A DNA stretch of 62,736 nt, the filler included, from Candidatus Zapsychrus exili (GTDB lineage: Bacteria; Omnitrophota; Gorgyraeia; Zapsychrales; Zapsychraceae), in the NCBI GenBank assembly GCA_030765585.1. It is 6 parts of 6 records of this genome, joined end to end, with 100 filler letters (N's around TTAATTAATTAA, not from the genome) between each part and the next. Parts side by side here need not be neighbours in the genome. Positions count along the whole stretch, not along the records: positions 46,249 to 51,859 come from JAVCCJ010000016.1; positions 51,960 to 56,748 come from JAVCCJ010000066.1; positions 56,849 to 62,736 come from JAVCCJ010000064.1; 3 more parts are not named here. One strand, written 5' to 3'. Below, piece after piece: positions 49,578-60,172 of the stretch (within the stretch, counting starts at the first letter, position 1; each line of letters starts with the position of its first letter). The translations under genes were made by a program, and so were the position numbers. The notes beneath the pieces are model-generated. The model ran no database searches. It was given only the letters and a program-made list of their open reading frames with translations, and was not told the origin of the DNA.

Positions 49578-50308
49578 GAAGAATAGTTGAGTTTAGAAAT
49601 GCTAAATTAGGTTATGCCAAAAGAAGGGTTTTTGATTTATTGAACCTTGATATGTTTGAAGGTGATTTTCTAGGTATAGTTGGCCCAAATGGCTCTGGCA
49701 AGACCACGCTTTTACGTAGCATAATGGGATTATTAAAGCCTCAAGCTGGAGAGATTATAAAAGACAAAAATCTGCGATTTGGTTACTGCATGCAGAGGCA
49801 GTTTATAGATACTATCTTTCCTTTTACGGTTTTTGAAATTGTGATGATGTCACGGACTAAAATCATCGGTGCTTTAAGGAGGCCTTCAAAAATTGACAGG
49901 GAAGAAGTTTCAAGAGCTATAAAGATAGCTGGCATCTCAAATTTAATATCAGAGCGTTTTTATAATCTCTCCGGCGGCCAAAAACAAAGGGTTCTTATTG
50001 CTAGGGCCTTAAGTCTTGAGCCTAATTTTTTAATCCTTGATGAACCAACTACAGATTTGGATATTAAGGCAGAAAGAGAAATCTTAGATCTAATAGGAAC
50101 CCTTCACGAGACCCAAAACCTAACCATAGCTTTAGTAACTCACGAATTAAATGAAGTTATTAATTGCGCTCAGAAATTTATATTTTTGAATAAAAAAGTC
50201 CCCTGCAAGATTTTTACGAAAGATCAGTTGGATGAGAATCTGCTGTCGAAGATTTTTGAAACTCAGATAAAGTTAAAAGAAATAGACGGGCAAAGAATGG
50301 TCTTTTAG
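49574..50308 (+). CDS. Metal ABC ATPase (ZnuC-like)
   Basis: GPNGSGKT, LSGGQKQRVLIAR, LDEP, VTH. Confidence 0.92.
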   Translation: MRRIVEFRNAKLGYAKRRVFDLLNLDMFEGDFLGIVGPNGSGKTTLLRSIMGLLKPQAGEIIKDKNLRFGYCMQRQFIDTIFPFTVFEIVMMSRTKIIGALRRPSKIDREEVSRAIKIAGISNLISERFYNLSGGQKQRVLIARALSLEPNFLILDEPTTDLDIKAEREILDLIGTLHETQNLTIALVTHELNEVINCAQKFIFLNKKVPCKIFTKDQLDENLLSKIFETQIKLKEIDGQRMVF

Positions 50309-50320
50309 GAGAATAAAAAG

Positions 50321-51130
50321 ATGTTAGAAATTTTTAAAGAACCTTTTATGCAAACAGCGCTTTTAGGTGGTTTAATAACTGCCTGTCTTTGTGCATACTT
50401 AGGGGTATTTGTCATATTAAAGAGGATTGTCTTTATGGGGATAGCACTATCTCAAGTAGCAGCATTAGGAGTTGCTTTGGGCTTGTTTGTAGGGGTTAAT
50501 CCTGTAATTAGCGCATTTATTCTGACCCTTCTTGGCGTAATTTTATTTTGGATTCCATTTGCGGAAAAGAATATTTCCCGGGAAGCCTTTTTAGGCTTTA
50601 TTTATGTTTTCTGCGCTGCTCTTGCAGTTATTTTAATTGCCAAAAATCCCCTTATTGAGGCAAGAGGGTTAAACCTTATTTCCGGGAATCTTCTTTATAC
50701 AACTTGGCTGGATATAAGAATTTTGGGAGTTGCTTTTCTTTTTATTTTAGCTTTACACATAGTTTTCTTTAAGGAATTCATCTTTATCTCTTTTGACAGA
50801 GAGACTGCTTTTACTACGGGGCTTAAAGCGAATTTCTTAGATTTCTTGCTCTATCTAACAATCGGAATTGTTATTAGTTTATCTATGAAGATTTGTGGAG
50901 TAATCTTTGTCTTTGCATCCCTCATTATCCCGGCAATGATTGGCTTGATTTCTGCCAGACGGATAGGGATGATTTTTTTTATTTCTTCCGTAGCTGCTGC
51001 TTTATGTGTTGTAATCGGACTTATATGTTCTTACATATGGGATTTACCTTCTGGCCCGACAATTGTAGGGTTATATAGCTTAATTTTTATATTAATAGGA
51101 GGAATAAAGGGTATATTAAACAGAGGATAA
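50321..51130 (+). CDS. Metal ABC permease (ZnuB-like)
   Basis: LGVFVILKR..F...ALSQ..ALG; SFD...A; DLPSGPTIV. Confidence 0.92.
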   Translation: MLEIFKEPFMQTALLGGLITACLCAYLGVFVILKRIVFMGIALSQVAALGVALGLFVGVNPVISAFILTLLGVILFWIPFAEKNISREAFLGFIYVFCAALAVILIAKNPLIEARGLNLISGNLLYTTWLDIRILGVAFLFILALHIVFFKEFIFISFDRETAFTTGLKANFLDFLLYLTIGIVISLSMKICGVIFVFASLIIPAMIGLISARRIGMIFFISSVAAALCVVIGLICSYIWDLPSGPTIVGLYSLIFILIGGIKGILNRG

Positions 51131-51348
51131 TTAATAGTTAGGCATATTGATTGGAGGATAAGAGAAGACGCTTAATAAGACTCATATACAACTAATGTCC
51201 AGGTTCTTATATAGGACATTGTTTATCTCTTTATATTTAATAGAGTTAGAGATATTTCAGCCAAAAAATACCGGACAAAATGGACACTTTGACAAGCTCA
51301 GTGCAGGCAATTTTGCCCTGAACTTTATCTCTGAATTGCCAATTGTGC

Positions 51349-51377
51349 TTGATATTTGAGGGTAGGTTCTATATAAT
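51349..51377 (+). promoter_or_regulatory. sigma70 promoter
   Basis: TTGATA-17-TATAAT. Confidence 0.65.
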
Positions 51378-51383
51378 AAGCTT

Positions 51384-51503
51384 GCTTGCGTTAAGAGATA
51401 GATTTATAGTTTACACAGCTTAGCGCAGCCACATAAATCTCTCTAATTCCAGAGGGAGAGATAAGATTGACCCTGATTAGCATAGCTAGTCAGGGTATTT
51501 TTT
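51384..51503 (+). ncRNA. Candidate ~120-nt structured RNA ending in an intrinsic terminator
   Basis: AGATTTAT...ATAAATCT stem; ACCCTGATTAGC-ATA-GCTAGTCAGGGT-ATTTTTT; no ATG-initiated ORF. Confidence 0.4.
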
Positions 51504-51546
51504 ATGTCTTTGAATGTCAAAGAGTTAGGGAAAATATTTTCGCACT

Positions 51547-51585
51547 GTCATTGCGAGGTGCGCCGGAGGCGCGACAAAGCAATCT
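51547..51585. repeat. Half copy of GTCATTGCGAG...AAGCAATCT element
   Basis: GTCATTGCGAGGTGCGCCGGAGGCGCGACAAAGCAATCT. Confidence 0.6.
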
Positions 51586-51712
51586 TTTTCGTCTAAAATA
51601 GCCGGATAAATCTCGCCAGCCTATCTCTTTATCTCCATATTGCGGTTTAGTAAAGGTGCTGTAGTAAATGGCTATTAAGGGAAGCTTAAGCTTAGAATGA
51701 ATTCTAATCGGC

Positions 51713-51859
51713 ATGTGGAAAACTTATTTCTTCCTTACGAAAAGATATCCAAAAATCACCTTATCCGAAGAAAGGCATCTGATTCTAAAGGCCCAAAAGG
51801 GTTCAAAGAAAAGCAAGGATCAACTCGTTCTTCGTCATATTGGCTTTTTGATTTTTCGA
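51713..51859 (+). CDS. 5' fragment of sigma70-like protein (region 1.2-2)
   Basis: RYPKITLSEERHLILKAQKG....KDQLVLRH resembles YPxLTxxEExxLxxxAQxGDxxAxxxLV. Confidence 0.55.
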
Positions 51860-51959
51860 NNNNNNNNNNNNNNNNNNNNNNNNNNNNNNNNNNNNNNNNN
51901 NNNTTAATTAATTAANNNNNNNNNNNNNNNNNNNNNNNNNNNNNNNNNNNNNNNNNNNN
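51860..51959. other. Artificial contig spacer
   Basis: N-TTAATTAATTAA-N. Confidence 0.98.
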
Positions 51960-53038
51960 ATATTATCCATTATCTCATCGTCTAACCTTAACCTGTGAGA
52001 AATGCTTAATGCAGCCATCCTTCTTTCCAATTCGTCACGGGGGTCTTCCATATTGTACAACCACACAGCACCTTGTTTTGTTATATCAAATCCTGAAAGC
52101 GGTTTTCCTGTTGCAATAGATACAGCATCTAACATTGCTAGAGTCGATTTACCTACTCCACCCGGAGCTATAATAAGAGATATAAATTCTCCTATATATC
52201 TATTCTGCATAATCCAATCTCTTTTGGGTATAGCTGCAAGATTTATACTCCTAGCAGTAAAAGCTTTTATCTCCGGTAGCTCTAAAAAATCTGATGCAGC
52301 AATAGCATCTTCAGGTTTATACTTAGCAATAGATCCGGCTATGATTTTTAGCTCTTCGTCTTCTACAGGTACTTCTAATTGATGTTCGTTAATGGCTTGA
52401 AGGGATAGATATATAGAATCATAATTTAATCCTCTACGTCGTAGAGTTCCGGCTAGACTTGTCAATACAGCGTTGCGTTCGCCTTCTTCAACTTTTTTAG
52501 TATCATTTAAAACAACTACTTCTTTTTTCTTCCCTATAAGCTCACTGTATGTTTTTGGTAAATCTGCTGCATCACCTTCAATTTCTATTTCGTACACTTT
52601 ATCATCTATTCTACTTCCGGGAGTTACAACAAAGCCACCGAACGATCTTGTATCTATTCCTTCACCTACAGATCCAGCAGTATTAGATCCCCTACCTTTA
52701 AAATATAAATGCTTTCCCCCTGTCGGTGTTAGTACAGTAAAGGTAACAGGGAGTTTTCCGTGTGTAGCTTCTAGTTTTTGTAAAGAGGCTTCCCCGTCTT
52801 TACCTTTCTTCTTATCAAGATCTATTACAATATCGTTTTCTTCTAAGCGAATACCCCAATTATAAGTAGGATTTGCTGTTCCAGTGTCTATTATAAGTTG
52901 TTCTGTTGCAGTATCAGCCCATTCTTGCCAGCCTATAAGAACAGGATCTTTCCGCCCTGGTTTTACAGGGAACACCTTATAACCCTTATAGAACATATAC
53001 AATGCGCCATCTACAGGGCGGTTAAATGATTTATTCAT
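51960..53038 (-). CDS. Bifunctional primase/polymerase-PriCT-AAA helicase, 3'-truncated
   Basis: VFPV..G.K.P; DLD; TPTGGKHLYF; GIDTR..GG.VV.PGS; GERN..L; APGGVGKST. Confidence 0.9.
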
Positions 53039-53255
53039 TTGCTCCCCCGTTGTCTTTTGATTTGAGTTTTGTTCGCTTCTCGAGAAACTGCAAAATATCT
53101 GAATACCTATACCTCACTAGACGACCAACCTTGATGTAGGGCAGGTCATAGCGATGAGTACATGCCCATACGGCTAGAGTTCCCTTTGTCACTCCTAGGA
53201 ACGTCGCAGCCTCTTTTCGTGTTAAGAGATTTAATCTTTCTTCATTAAGTTTCAT
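53031..53255 (-). CDS. Excisionase-like HTH protein
   Basis: LLTRKEAA.FLGV..GTL..W....LPYIKVGRLVRY. Confidence 0.88.
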   Translation of the reverse strand: MKLNEERLNLLTRKEAATFLGVTKGTLAVWACTHRYDLPYIKVGRLVRYRYSDILQFLEKRTKLKSKDNGGANE

Positions 53256-53346
53256 TTAATTGCTCCTCGTTTAATTTGATAAACAAAGAGTATAGAAATG
53301 GACTAAAAACGTATAAGTGCGTTCAAATTGTTTTTTGTGGTTTGAA

Positions 53347-54375
53347 TCATTTTTTTAGCCACTGCCTTGATTTTAGGGTATATGAACTAAGATCTGAATA
53401 AGAATAATTTTTCTTTTTTTCATCTTTTTCGCTTTCAAATTCAGCATCATCTTCTTCTTTTATATTCTGACATAATAATGTGACAATTGTTTCAAGCTCA
53501 CCAAGCATCGGTTTGTCGAATTTTTGCCCAATTTCTATTTCCAAATTCCGAAAAACAAATATGGTATCAGCATTTTCTACCTTGTTTTTTCTACTTTCTG
53601 GTGATTGCAAATATATATATTTTTTAAACTCGTCGCTATCTAAACATTTATCTACTTTATGGAGTTCTTTAATAAAAACGTCAGATAACTCTTCATATTT
53701 ATTATATATCTCTTCAGATACTTCAAATTCACTAGAGCGTTCACTAAATCTTCTACGATATTCTTCTGAAGTATTATCTACAAGAATTAGATAACTATCT
53801 TTTAATGTTTTGGTTAGTTCCTCCAAACGTTCTGTTAGTTTTTTAATCGTCTCCTGTCTTTGCTTTACATCCTCTACATAAAAATCTAGTCTTATTTCTC
53901 TTTTAAAATAATTGTAAAGAAAGTAATTAACAAGTTCGATCGTAGCTGTAGAATTAGTTTTAATAAAACTATTCCATACATCTAGCATTAAGCTATTTTC
54001 AAACAAAACCTTATGAATAATAAATCCTCTAACACTTACGTCATATATGTTTTTGAAGTTCCTTTTTACATATTTAGGATCGTTAAGTTTGGGATCATCA
54101 ATAAGACACCAAGATGATATATTGCTGAAATAATCTCCTTCGCGTTTATAGAGCTTTTTCAAATTAAATATATAGTTATCCAAGTACTCTCTCACAAGAG
54201 TAGGTAGTTTGGAATTAACTCTATATTTTGAAATATCGAAATTATTCTCTAGCATTGCTGGATCATATAAATATTTGATCGTTTTTAACTTAATCTTTTT
54301 TGACCCTTTATCATTATACAACCAACAGTTAGAACATATATCATCATGTTTTTTTTTATTTCTCTTCTTTTTCAT
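53347..54375 (-). CDS. Hypothetical protein between int and xis
   Basis: 342-aa ORF overlapping integrase stop; AT-rich; N-terminal CxxC. Confidence 0.65.
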   Translation of the reverse strand: MKKKRNKKKHDDICSNCWLYNDKGSKKIKLKTIKYLYDPAMLENNFDISKYRVNSKLPTLVREYLDNYIFNLKKLYKREGDYFSNISSWCLIDDPKLNDPKYVKRNFKNIYDVSVRGFIIHKVLFENSLMLDVWNSFIKTNSTATIELVNYFLYNYFKREIRLDFYVEDVKQRQETIKKLTERLEELTKTLKDSYLILVDNTSEEYRRRFSERSSEFEVSEEIYNKYEELSDVFIKELHKVDKCLDSDEFKKYIYLQSPESRKNKVENADTIFVFRNLEIEIGQKFDKPMLGELETIVTLLCQNIKEEDDAEFESEKDEKKKNYSYSDLSSYTLKSRQWLKK

Positions 54376-55531
54376 TTTCTTCCTTCATATTTAATATTAC
54401 TTTAATCGCCTTATCTAAAGACTGCCTTACAGGATCATCATTTAACCGTGCATAGATTTGTGTAGTTTGCTGTGATTTATGCCCCAATGATTTCCCTATT
54501 ATATGCAGGCTTGATCCAACGATGGCTTGATAACTTCCCAGTGTCCTTCTGATGTCATGAATCCTTAGATTACTAATCTTCGCTTTCTCTAAAACTCTTC
54601 TCCAGATTTTTTTAGGTTCTTCTAAGTGACCACTTTCACTTGTTAAACTTGGAAAAACCCATTCACTTTCTGATGATTTTGTCCTTGTTTTCAGTATTGC
54701 AACAGCTTCATCAACTAATGGAAGATCTAACGGCTCTCCGTTTTTAGTTTCAGGAATTGACCAAATTCTACGTTTAAAATTTATTTCATCCCAATTCATA
54801 GAAAGGACATTGGCCTTTCTTGCGCCTGTAAGAACAGATAGCCATATATAATCACGTACAGTTTCATTAGACTCTTCATTTAGGGCTTTAAAGAATCTTG
54901 GTAATTCTTCAGGTTGAATAAATCTATCGCGCGATTTTTCTTTATATTTGCGGATCCCTTTGGCAGGATTTTCACCGGTAAAGCCCCATTCTGTGGCTCT
55001 ATTAAATAGCGAGACGAGTAGGGTAAGCACTCTGTTCGCGGTACATTTACCGTTCTTATCTCCTACGTAATGGTGCAACTTCTCAACATCATATTTTTTT
55101 ATTGTGTCAAGACAGCGGTTTTCCCAATTCGATAAATATTTTTTATATAACCAGTGTCCGTTCTTCTCCCAACTTTTATTATGATTCTTGGCATATTTTT
55201 CACTATATTCTTCTACGAAAGCTCCTAGCGTTATATTTTGCTTTAACTTACGTTTTTCATCATTAGGATTTATACCTTGAACGACTTCTCCCTTAGCCTT
55301 TAAGGCACCTTTACGGGCTTGTTCAATGCTTGTCTCTGGGAATCTACCTAGAATGATTTTCTCATCTCTTTTATTTACTCTTCTTCTAATAAAAAAGGTT
55401 TTTACGCCGCCAATAGTAATATAAAGACAAAGTCCTTTTTCCCTTGCGTCATGGTAAATAAGTCTGTGGCTGCTTAGCGGCTTTAAGGAAAGTAATGCTT
55501 GCTTGGTAAAATTAAAACAATTCTGCTTCAT
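54356..55531 (-). CDS. int: Tyrosine integrase with arm-binding domain
   Basis: TGAR, TKNG, HDIRRT, LGH, IYAR catalytic residues. Confidence 0.95.
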   Translation of the reverse strand: MKQNCFNFTKQALLSLKPLSSHRLIYHDAREKGLCLYITIGGVKTFFIRRRVNKRDEKIILGRFPETSIEQARKGALKAKGEVVQGINPNDEKRKLKQNITLGAFVEEYSEKYAKNHNKSWEKNGHWLYKKYLSNWENRCLDTIKKYDVEKLHHYVGDKNGKCTANRVLTLLVSLFNRATEWGFTGENPAKGIRKYKEKSRDRFIQPEELPRFFKALNEESNETVRDYIWLSVLTGARKANVLSMNWDEINFKRRIWSIPETKNGEPLDLPLVDEAVAILKTRTKSSESEWVFPSLTSESGHLEEPKKIWRRVLEKAKISNLRIHDIRRTLGSYQAIVGSSLHIIGKSLGHKSQQTTQIYARLNDDPVRQSLDKAIKVILNMKEENEKEEK

Positions 55532-55545
55532 AATATTAAGCCTCG

Positions 55546-55567
55546 CTGGTTCCGCACTGGTTCCGCA
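55546..55567. repeat. 11-bp tandem repeat, candidate integrase arm sites
   Basis: CTGGTTCCGCA x2 just upstream of int. Confidence 0.6.
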
Positions 55568-55682
55568 ATTTGTATTAAAATAGAGGTATTTTGATAAAAT
55601 TGCATTAAACTGATATTAGACTATAACGCCTTGCTAGTAAAGCTTTATTAAGATTAGTTAAACTGGGTAAAAGATATGACTC

Positions 55683-55732
55683 TCTGCCTTGGGAGCAGAG
55701 GGTCGCTGGTTCGAATCCAGTCTCCCCGACCA
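55683..55732 (+). pseudogene. 3' fragment of tRNA-Pro(TGG) = att site
   Basis: TCTGC-CTTGGGA-GCAGA anticodon arm, GGTTCGAATCC T-arm, CTCCCCG-A-CCA; no 5' acceptor strand or D arm upstream. Confidence 0.88.
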
Positions 55733-55740
55733 AATTACCT

Positions 55741-55793
55741 AAAACTTTATAAAATTTTGTAATCTTGCAAAACTTTATAAAGTTTGCTATTAT
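55741..55793 (+). promoter_or_regulatory. Promoter with twin palindromic operators upstream of HTH-Fic
   Basis: AAAACTTTATAAAATTTT (55741-58), AAACTTTATAAAGTTT (55770-85); TTGCAA-17-TATTAT. Confidence 0.7.
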
Positions 55794-55799
55794 GGCACC

Positions 55800-56723
55800 A
55801 TGAACTTACAAGAAAAGTTAAAAATAATTCAAAAGTTGTCTGGTCTAACCCAAACAGAGCTAGCTTCTAAAATAGGTGTATCTTTTGTTGCATTCAATAA
55901 TTGGTGGACCGGAAAGTCTCAGCCACATAAAAACACGCTACTAGTTATTGATGACCTGTATAAAGAACTTACTGGGCAAAAAATAATTCCAGACGATGTT
56001 TTGGACGCTAAAAAAACATTAATTCTAAAAGAAGCTAAAAAGTATCGTAATATTTTAAAAACGATTGCCTCTAATCCAGATATATATGATCAGTTTTTGT
56101 TGTCGCTAACATATAACTCTAATAAAATAGAAGGCTCAACTCTGTCAGAACATGAAACAGCCGATATTATGTTTAAGAATAGGTCGCTGCCAAACAAAAG
56201 TTTGATTGAACAACTGGAAGTTAAAAACCATCAGACTGCATTGCAGTATTTGTTTAATTTCTTAAAAAACGATGACGTTATAGATAAAAATTTAATACTA
56301 AAACTACATGCAATATTGATGAACGGGATTAGAGATGACGCAGGGTGTTTACGTAATCATGCTGTTCGTATAGTTGGTGCTAACGTTCCTACGGCTAATT
56401 ATGTAAAATTACCAAAGCTGATGGACGAGTTAACTAAAGATATTAACAAAAAAGAAAAGGACATTGTTGCTCTAGTTTCACGTATTCATGCTCGTTTTGA
56501 ACAAATTCACCCTTTCGCCGACGGTAATGGGCGTATAGGTAGAATGATAATGACAGCGATGTTGCTAAAAGCGAATTTGGCTCCAGCAGTTATTAAACAA
56601 GAAATTAAACATTTATATTATAGTTATTTAAACAAGGCTCAGCTTAAAGAAGAATTTAGTCAGTTAGAGGATTTTATTTGTGAAGCTATCTTTAAGGGGT
56701 TTGATATAGTTAGTAGAAAGTAA
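55800..56723 (+). CDS. Xre-HTH-Fic protein
   Basis: LTQTELASKIGVS HTH; SNKIEG inhibitory motif; HPFADGNGRIGR. Confidence 0.93.
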   Translation: MNLQEKLKIIQKLSGLTQTELASKIGVSFVAFNNWWTGKSQPHKNTLLVIDDLYKELTGQKIIPDDVLDAKKTLILKEAKKYRNILKTIASNPDIYDQFLLSLTYNSNKIEGSTLSEHETADIMFKNRSLPNKSLIEQLEVKNHQTALQYLFNFLKNDDVIDKNLILKLHAILMNGIRDDAGCLRNHAVRIVGANVPTANYVKLPKLMDELTKDINKKEKDIVALVSRIHARFEQIHPFADGNGRIGRMIMTAMLLKANLAPAVIKQEIKHLYYSYLNKAQLKEEFSQLEDFICEAIFKGFDIVSRK

Positions 56724-56748
56724 ATTTTGCGGGAATTGCGGGAATGGA

Positions 56749-56848
56749 NNNNNNNNNNNNNNNNNNNNNNNNNNNNNNNNNNNNNNNNNNNNTTAATTAA
56801 TTAANNNNNNNNNNNNNNNNNNNNNNNNNNNNNNNNNNNNNNNNNNNN
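56749..56848. other. Artificial contig spacer
   Basis: N-TTAATTAATTAA-N. Confidence 0.98.
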
Positions 56849-56967
56849 CAGAAAAGAAATTAAAAGAGGTCCAAGAACTATTAAACGACAGGCCTCGAAA
56901 AGTACATGATTTTTATACACCTAATGAGGTATTCTTTAAACTGTTGCACTAGAAACTAGAATCTACA
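56849..56967 (+). mobile_element. Right end of IS30-family element
   Basis: Transposase C-terminus LLNDRPRKVHDFYTPNEVF (stop 56950-52); terminal IR TGTTGCACTAGAAACTAGAATCTACA (56942-56967). Confidence 0.88.
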
Positions 56968-57140
56968 ACGTTCTGGTTATAAGATAAAATCGAAACGTTC
57001 TGCATATACGCAAATTAACCCACAAAAAATATAAATATAGGTCTTTTGAAGATTATGTTGTATAGTCTATCCATTCAAACACCATAAGCCAGCAATCTCT
57101 GGATCGGTGATTATAAAATTATTAATTGGAGAAAAAACAT

Positions 57141-58562
57141 ATGCCATTTCAAAAACTAGGTCTTAAGCCAAAATTGCTTAGCGCTATAACAACTAGGGGT
57201 TATAAAGCTGCAACGCCTATACAAGCACAATCTATCCCCTCTATACTTGCGGGTCGTGATGTTATGGCAGGAGCACAAACAGGAACAGGCAAAACAGCAG
57301 CATTTGCTCTGCCTATCCTGCAAATATTAAATGATAAACAAAGAACAAGTCGAAACCCTAGAGCACTTATCTTAACGCCAACACGTGAACTTGCAGCCCA
57401 AGTAGTAGAGTTCATAGAACATTACGGTAAAGGCATACATTTAAAGTCAACTGCTGTCTTTGGAGGAGTGAGCATTAGGCCACAGATATCAAAATTAAGA
57501 AGCGGTGTAGATATTTTAGTTGCAACTCCTGGACGTCTGCTCGATCATATAAATCAAAAAACTCTAAGCCTTTCTAATATAGAAATATTAGTACTCGATG
57601 AAGCAGACCGAATGTTAGACATGGGATTTATTGGTGATATCCGAAAAGTTCTTAGATTGATTCCTAAAAAACGTCAAAGCCTATTGTTTTCTGCTACGTA
57701 TTCTAAAGAAATTAAAAAACTTGCTGATACAATTCTTAATAACCCTGAGCTGATAGAAGTATCCACTCGAAATACCACGGCTGAAAAAGTTGATCAGGTT
57801 ATTCATCCTGTCTCTATTGCTCGCAAACAAGAATTACTATCAAAGCTAATTAAAGAAGGCAAATGGTCTCAAGTTCTTGTCTTTACACGGACAAAGCATG
57901 GAGCAAATAGAGTAACAAAACAACTGATAATAAGCAATATAACAGCAGTAGCTATACACGGAAATAAGAGTCAGGCAGCTCGTACCAAGGCCCTAGCAGA
58001 CTTTAAAGGTAGAAAGGTAAGAGTATTGGTAGCGACCGATATTGCTGCAAGAGGGCTTGATATAAATCTACTTCCTCATGTAGTAAATTTTGAAATACCT
58101 AATATCGCAGAAAGCTATATACATCGTATAGGAAGAACTGGTCGCGCAGGTGCTGAAGGAAAAGCTGTTTCTTTAGTCTCTCAAGAAGAATACATACATC
58201 TTCATGAAATTCACAAGCTTCTTAAATATGAAATACCAATTGAAAAAATCGAAGGATTTAATTTTTCCCTAAATACAAAAGAAATTCCTCAAAAAAAGAA
58301 AACCTCTCCTTTTGAAGGCAAGAAGTCTAATTCAACAAAGAAATTTGCAAAACATAACACTGGAAAAAAAAGAAACAAGAAATTTAAGAATCAAGAAACT
58401 AGTAGCGATCGAAAAGTCTCATCTTCAGAAAACAATCCGCATAAGAAAGCTAATAAAAAGCCTAAAAAGCTAGGTAAGAAAGTTTGGAGAAAATCTAAAG
58501 GCCAAGGACAAGAGAATTCAACTGCAAGTAAGAACCAGCAAAGATCAAAAGCAAAGAAATAA
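57141..58562 (+). CDS. rhlE: DEAD-box RNA helicase (RhlE-like) with Lys-rich tail
   Basis: [37 protein letters not shown] before ATG 57141. Confidence 0.88.
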   Translation: MPFQKLGLKPKLLSAITTRGYKAATPIQAQSIPSILAGRDVMAGAQTGTGKTAAFALPILQILNDKQRTSRNPRALILTPTRELAAQVVEFIEHYGKGIHLKSTAVFGGVSIRPQISKLRSGVDILVATPGRLLDHINQKTLSLSNIEILVLDEADRMLDMGFIGDIRKVLRLIPKKRQSLLFSATYSKEIKKLADTILNNPELIEVSTRNTTAEKVDQVIHPVSIARKQELLSKLIKEGKWSQVLVFTRTKHGANRVTKQLIISNITAVAIHGNKSQAARTKALADFKGRKVRVLVATDIAARGLDINLLPHVVNFEIPNIAESYIHRIGRTGRAGAEGKAVSLVSQEEYIHLHEIHKLLKYEIPIEKIEGFNFSLNTKEIPQKKKTSPFEGKKSNSTKKFAKHNTGKKRNKKFKNQETSSDRKVSSSENNPHKKANKKPKKLGKKVWRKSKGQGQENSTASKNQQRSKAKK

Positions 58563-58615
58563 AAATAATGGATAATTCTTAAGTGGCGTAAAATTGTTCA
58601 CACGAATGATCCTGC

Positions 58616-60172
58616 CTACCAATCAATAGGTTGATAATCTTTAAGAAATTTTCCACACCAATGTTTTCCAGTTAAAATACCATCAAAAAACGGATCACAT
58701 ACGCGCGCTGCACCATCAACAATATCTAAAGGCGGCTGAAAATCATGCTTTTCCTGTTTATAAGCAGCGAGTGCCACAGGATCTTCATCTGTCACCCACC
58801 CTGTATCAACCGCATTCATATAAATACCATGTTTTGCTAATTCACTAGCTGATGTATGAGTCAGCATATTAAGCGCTGCTTTTGCCATATTAGTATGTGG
58901 ATGCCTGTCTGCTTTTTTAAACCGCAAGAACTTCCCTTCCATCGCAGAAACATTAACAATATGTTTTTGCCCCGTATTATCCCGCTTCATCATTATGCTT
59001 AATCGATTACACAAAACAAATGGCGCAATGGCGTTGACCAACTGAATCTCAAACATTTCTGATGTAGACACTTCTCCTAAACGCAATCGCCAGCTATTGG
59101 TTTTTCTTAAATCAACTTGCTGAAGATCAGCATCGAGCTTTCCCTTAGGAAACACTTTTTCAACAGGCAAATTATGATCATACCTATAAGGAATTTGAGA
59201 CAATTGTGCAGAAGCACACAATCCTACTCCCTGCAGATTTCCATTCCATGTAACTGGCAATGATTTTCCTTTTAAAGAACCTTGTTTAGTAGAAGATATT
59301 AATTTGTCTTTACACTCTTGATAATGCCCTAGCAGCTGTTGGACTTCTTTTGGAAATTCATTTATCGGACTTGTTTCTTTTTCCATTAAATGAGCATAGA
59401 ACCCTGGCGGCCTGCGAACTGTTTGAGCTGCATTATTGATAAGCAAATCAAGACGATTGTAAGTTTGCTCAATAAAATTACAAAAGATTTCAACGCTCGG
59501 CGTATGACGCAAGTCTAATCCATATATATGAAGACGATCACCCCACTGATTAAAATCAGATTCTTTTGAAAATCGCAATGCAGAATCAACTGGAAACCGA
59601 GTTGATGCGATAACAATTGCACCTGCACGTAACATCATAAGAGAAGCTTGATAACCTATTTTCAAACGTGACCCTGTAATAAGAGCTGTCTTGCCTTTTA
59701 AAGATGCAGTTTGAAATCGTTTTTTATAATTAAGATCGCCGCATTTTGAGCACATAGCGTCATAAAAAGAATGTAGCTTAGTATATTCTTCTTTGCAAAC
59801 ATAACAATTACGAGGACTGTTTAATTCCGGCGCTTGCTCTTGATGTTCAGACGACCCCTCAAGCATTTCTAACGGTGCGCTAAATACTTCCTCTTCTCTA
59901 GCACGTCGAATACCCGTTGCTTGACGCGCCTTTTTATCCTTATTTATAACACGCTGTTTTTTTATGTGTTTAATATCGCCAATTCGTTTTCGGGTCTCAA
60001 TCTTATCAGGACGTGAAAGTTTTCCTGCAGCTGTTAAAAGCTCAATCCGTTGTTCGTGCGAAAGTAATGCTAATTGTTCGCTATTATCAACAAAACTATT
60101 AAGAAGCAAAATTGCGTCCTCTACCTCTTTTTCAGAAGCGTACTTACCATTTTCTTGTCTGTTCTCATCCAT
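58616..60172 (-). CDS. SDR-family oxidoreductase with N-terminal extension and CxxC..CxxC motif
   Basis: [40 protein letters not shown]. Confidence 0.88.
   Translation of the reverse strand: MDENRQENGKYASEKEVEDAILLLNSFVDNSEQLALLSHEQRIELLTAAGKLSRPDKIETRKRIGDIKHIKKQRVINKDKKARQATGIRRAREEEVFSAPLEMLEGSSEHQEQAPELNSPRNCYVCKEEYTKLHSFYDAMCSKCGDLNYKKRFQTASLKGKTALITGSRLKIGYQASLMMLRAGAIVIASTRFPVDSALRFSKESDFNQWGDRLHIYGLDLRHTPSVEIFCNFIEQTYNRLDLLINNAAQTVRRPPGFYAHLMEKETSPINEFPKEVQQLLGHYQECKDKLISSTKQGSLKGKSLPVTWNGNLQGVGLCASAQLSQIPYRYDHNLPVEKVFPKGKLDADLQQVDLRKTNSWRLRLGEVSTSEMFEIQLVNAIAPFVLCNRLSIMMKRDNTGQKHIVNVSAMEGKFLRFKKADRHPHTNMAKAALNMLTHTSASELAKHGIYMNAVDTGWVTDEDPVALAAYKQEKHDFQPPLDIVDGAARVCDPFFDGILTGKHWCGKFLKDYQPIDW

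Larger units (their letters stand above)
51960..55732. mobile_element. Integrated phage-satellite/IME-like element (partial) ending at tRNA-Pro-derived att site
   Basis: Tyrosine integrase, xis-like HTH, prim-pol/helicase, tRNA 3' fragment, arm-like repeats. Confidence 0.8.

Noticed and set aside
51384..51503. Cobalamin or other known riboswitch near the metal transporters
   Set aside because: No B12 box or other recognisable aptamer, and it lies downstream of the transporter genes
55722..55728. CTCCCCG in the tRNA-Pro fragment matching contig B junction cores
   Set aside because: Flanks do not match and no preceding terminator-type hairpin or LPxxD frame; likely coincidence
55656..55732. 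Intact tRNA-Pro
   Set aside because: No 5' acceptor strand or D arm; only the 3' fragment is present
27901..56848. Five TTAATTAATTAA motifs embedded in N runs
   Set aside because: Artificial six-frame-stop contig linkers; adjacency across them and ORFs containing X are not biological
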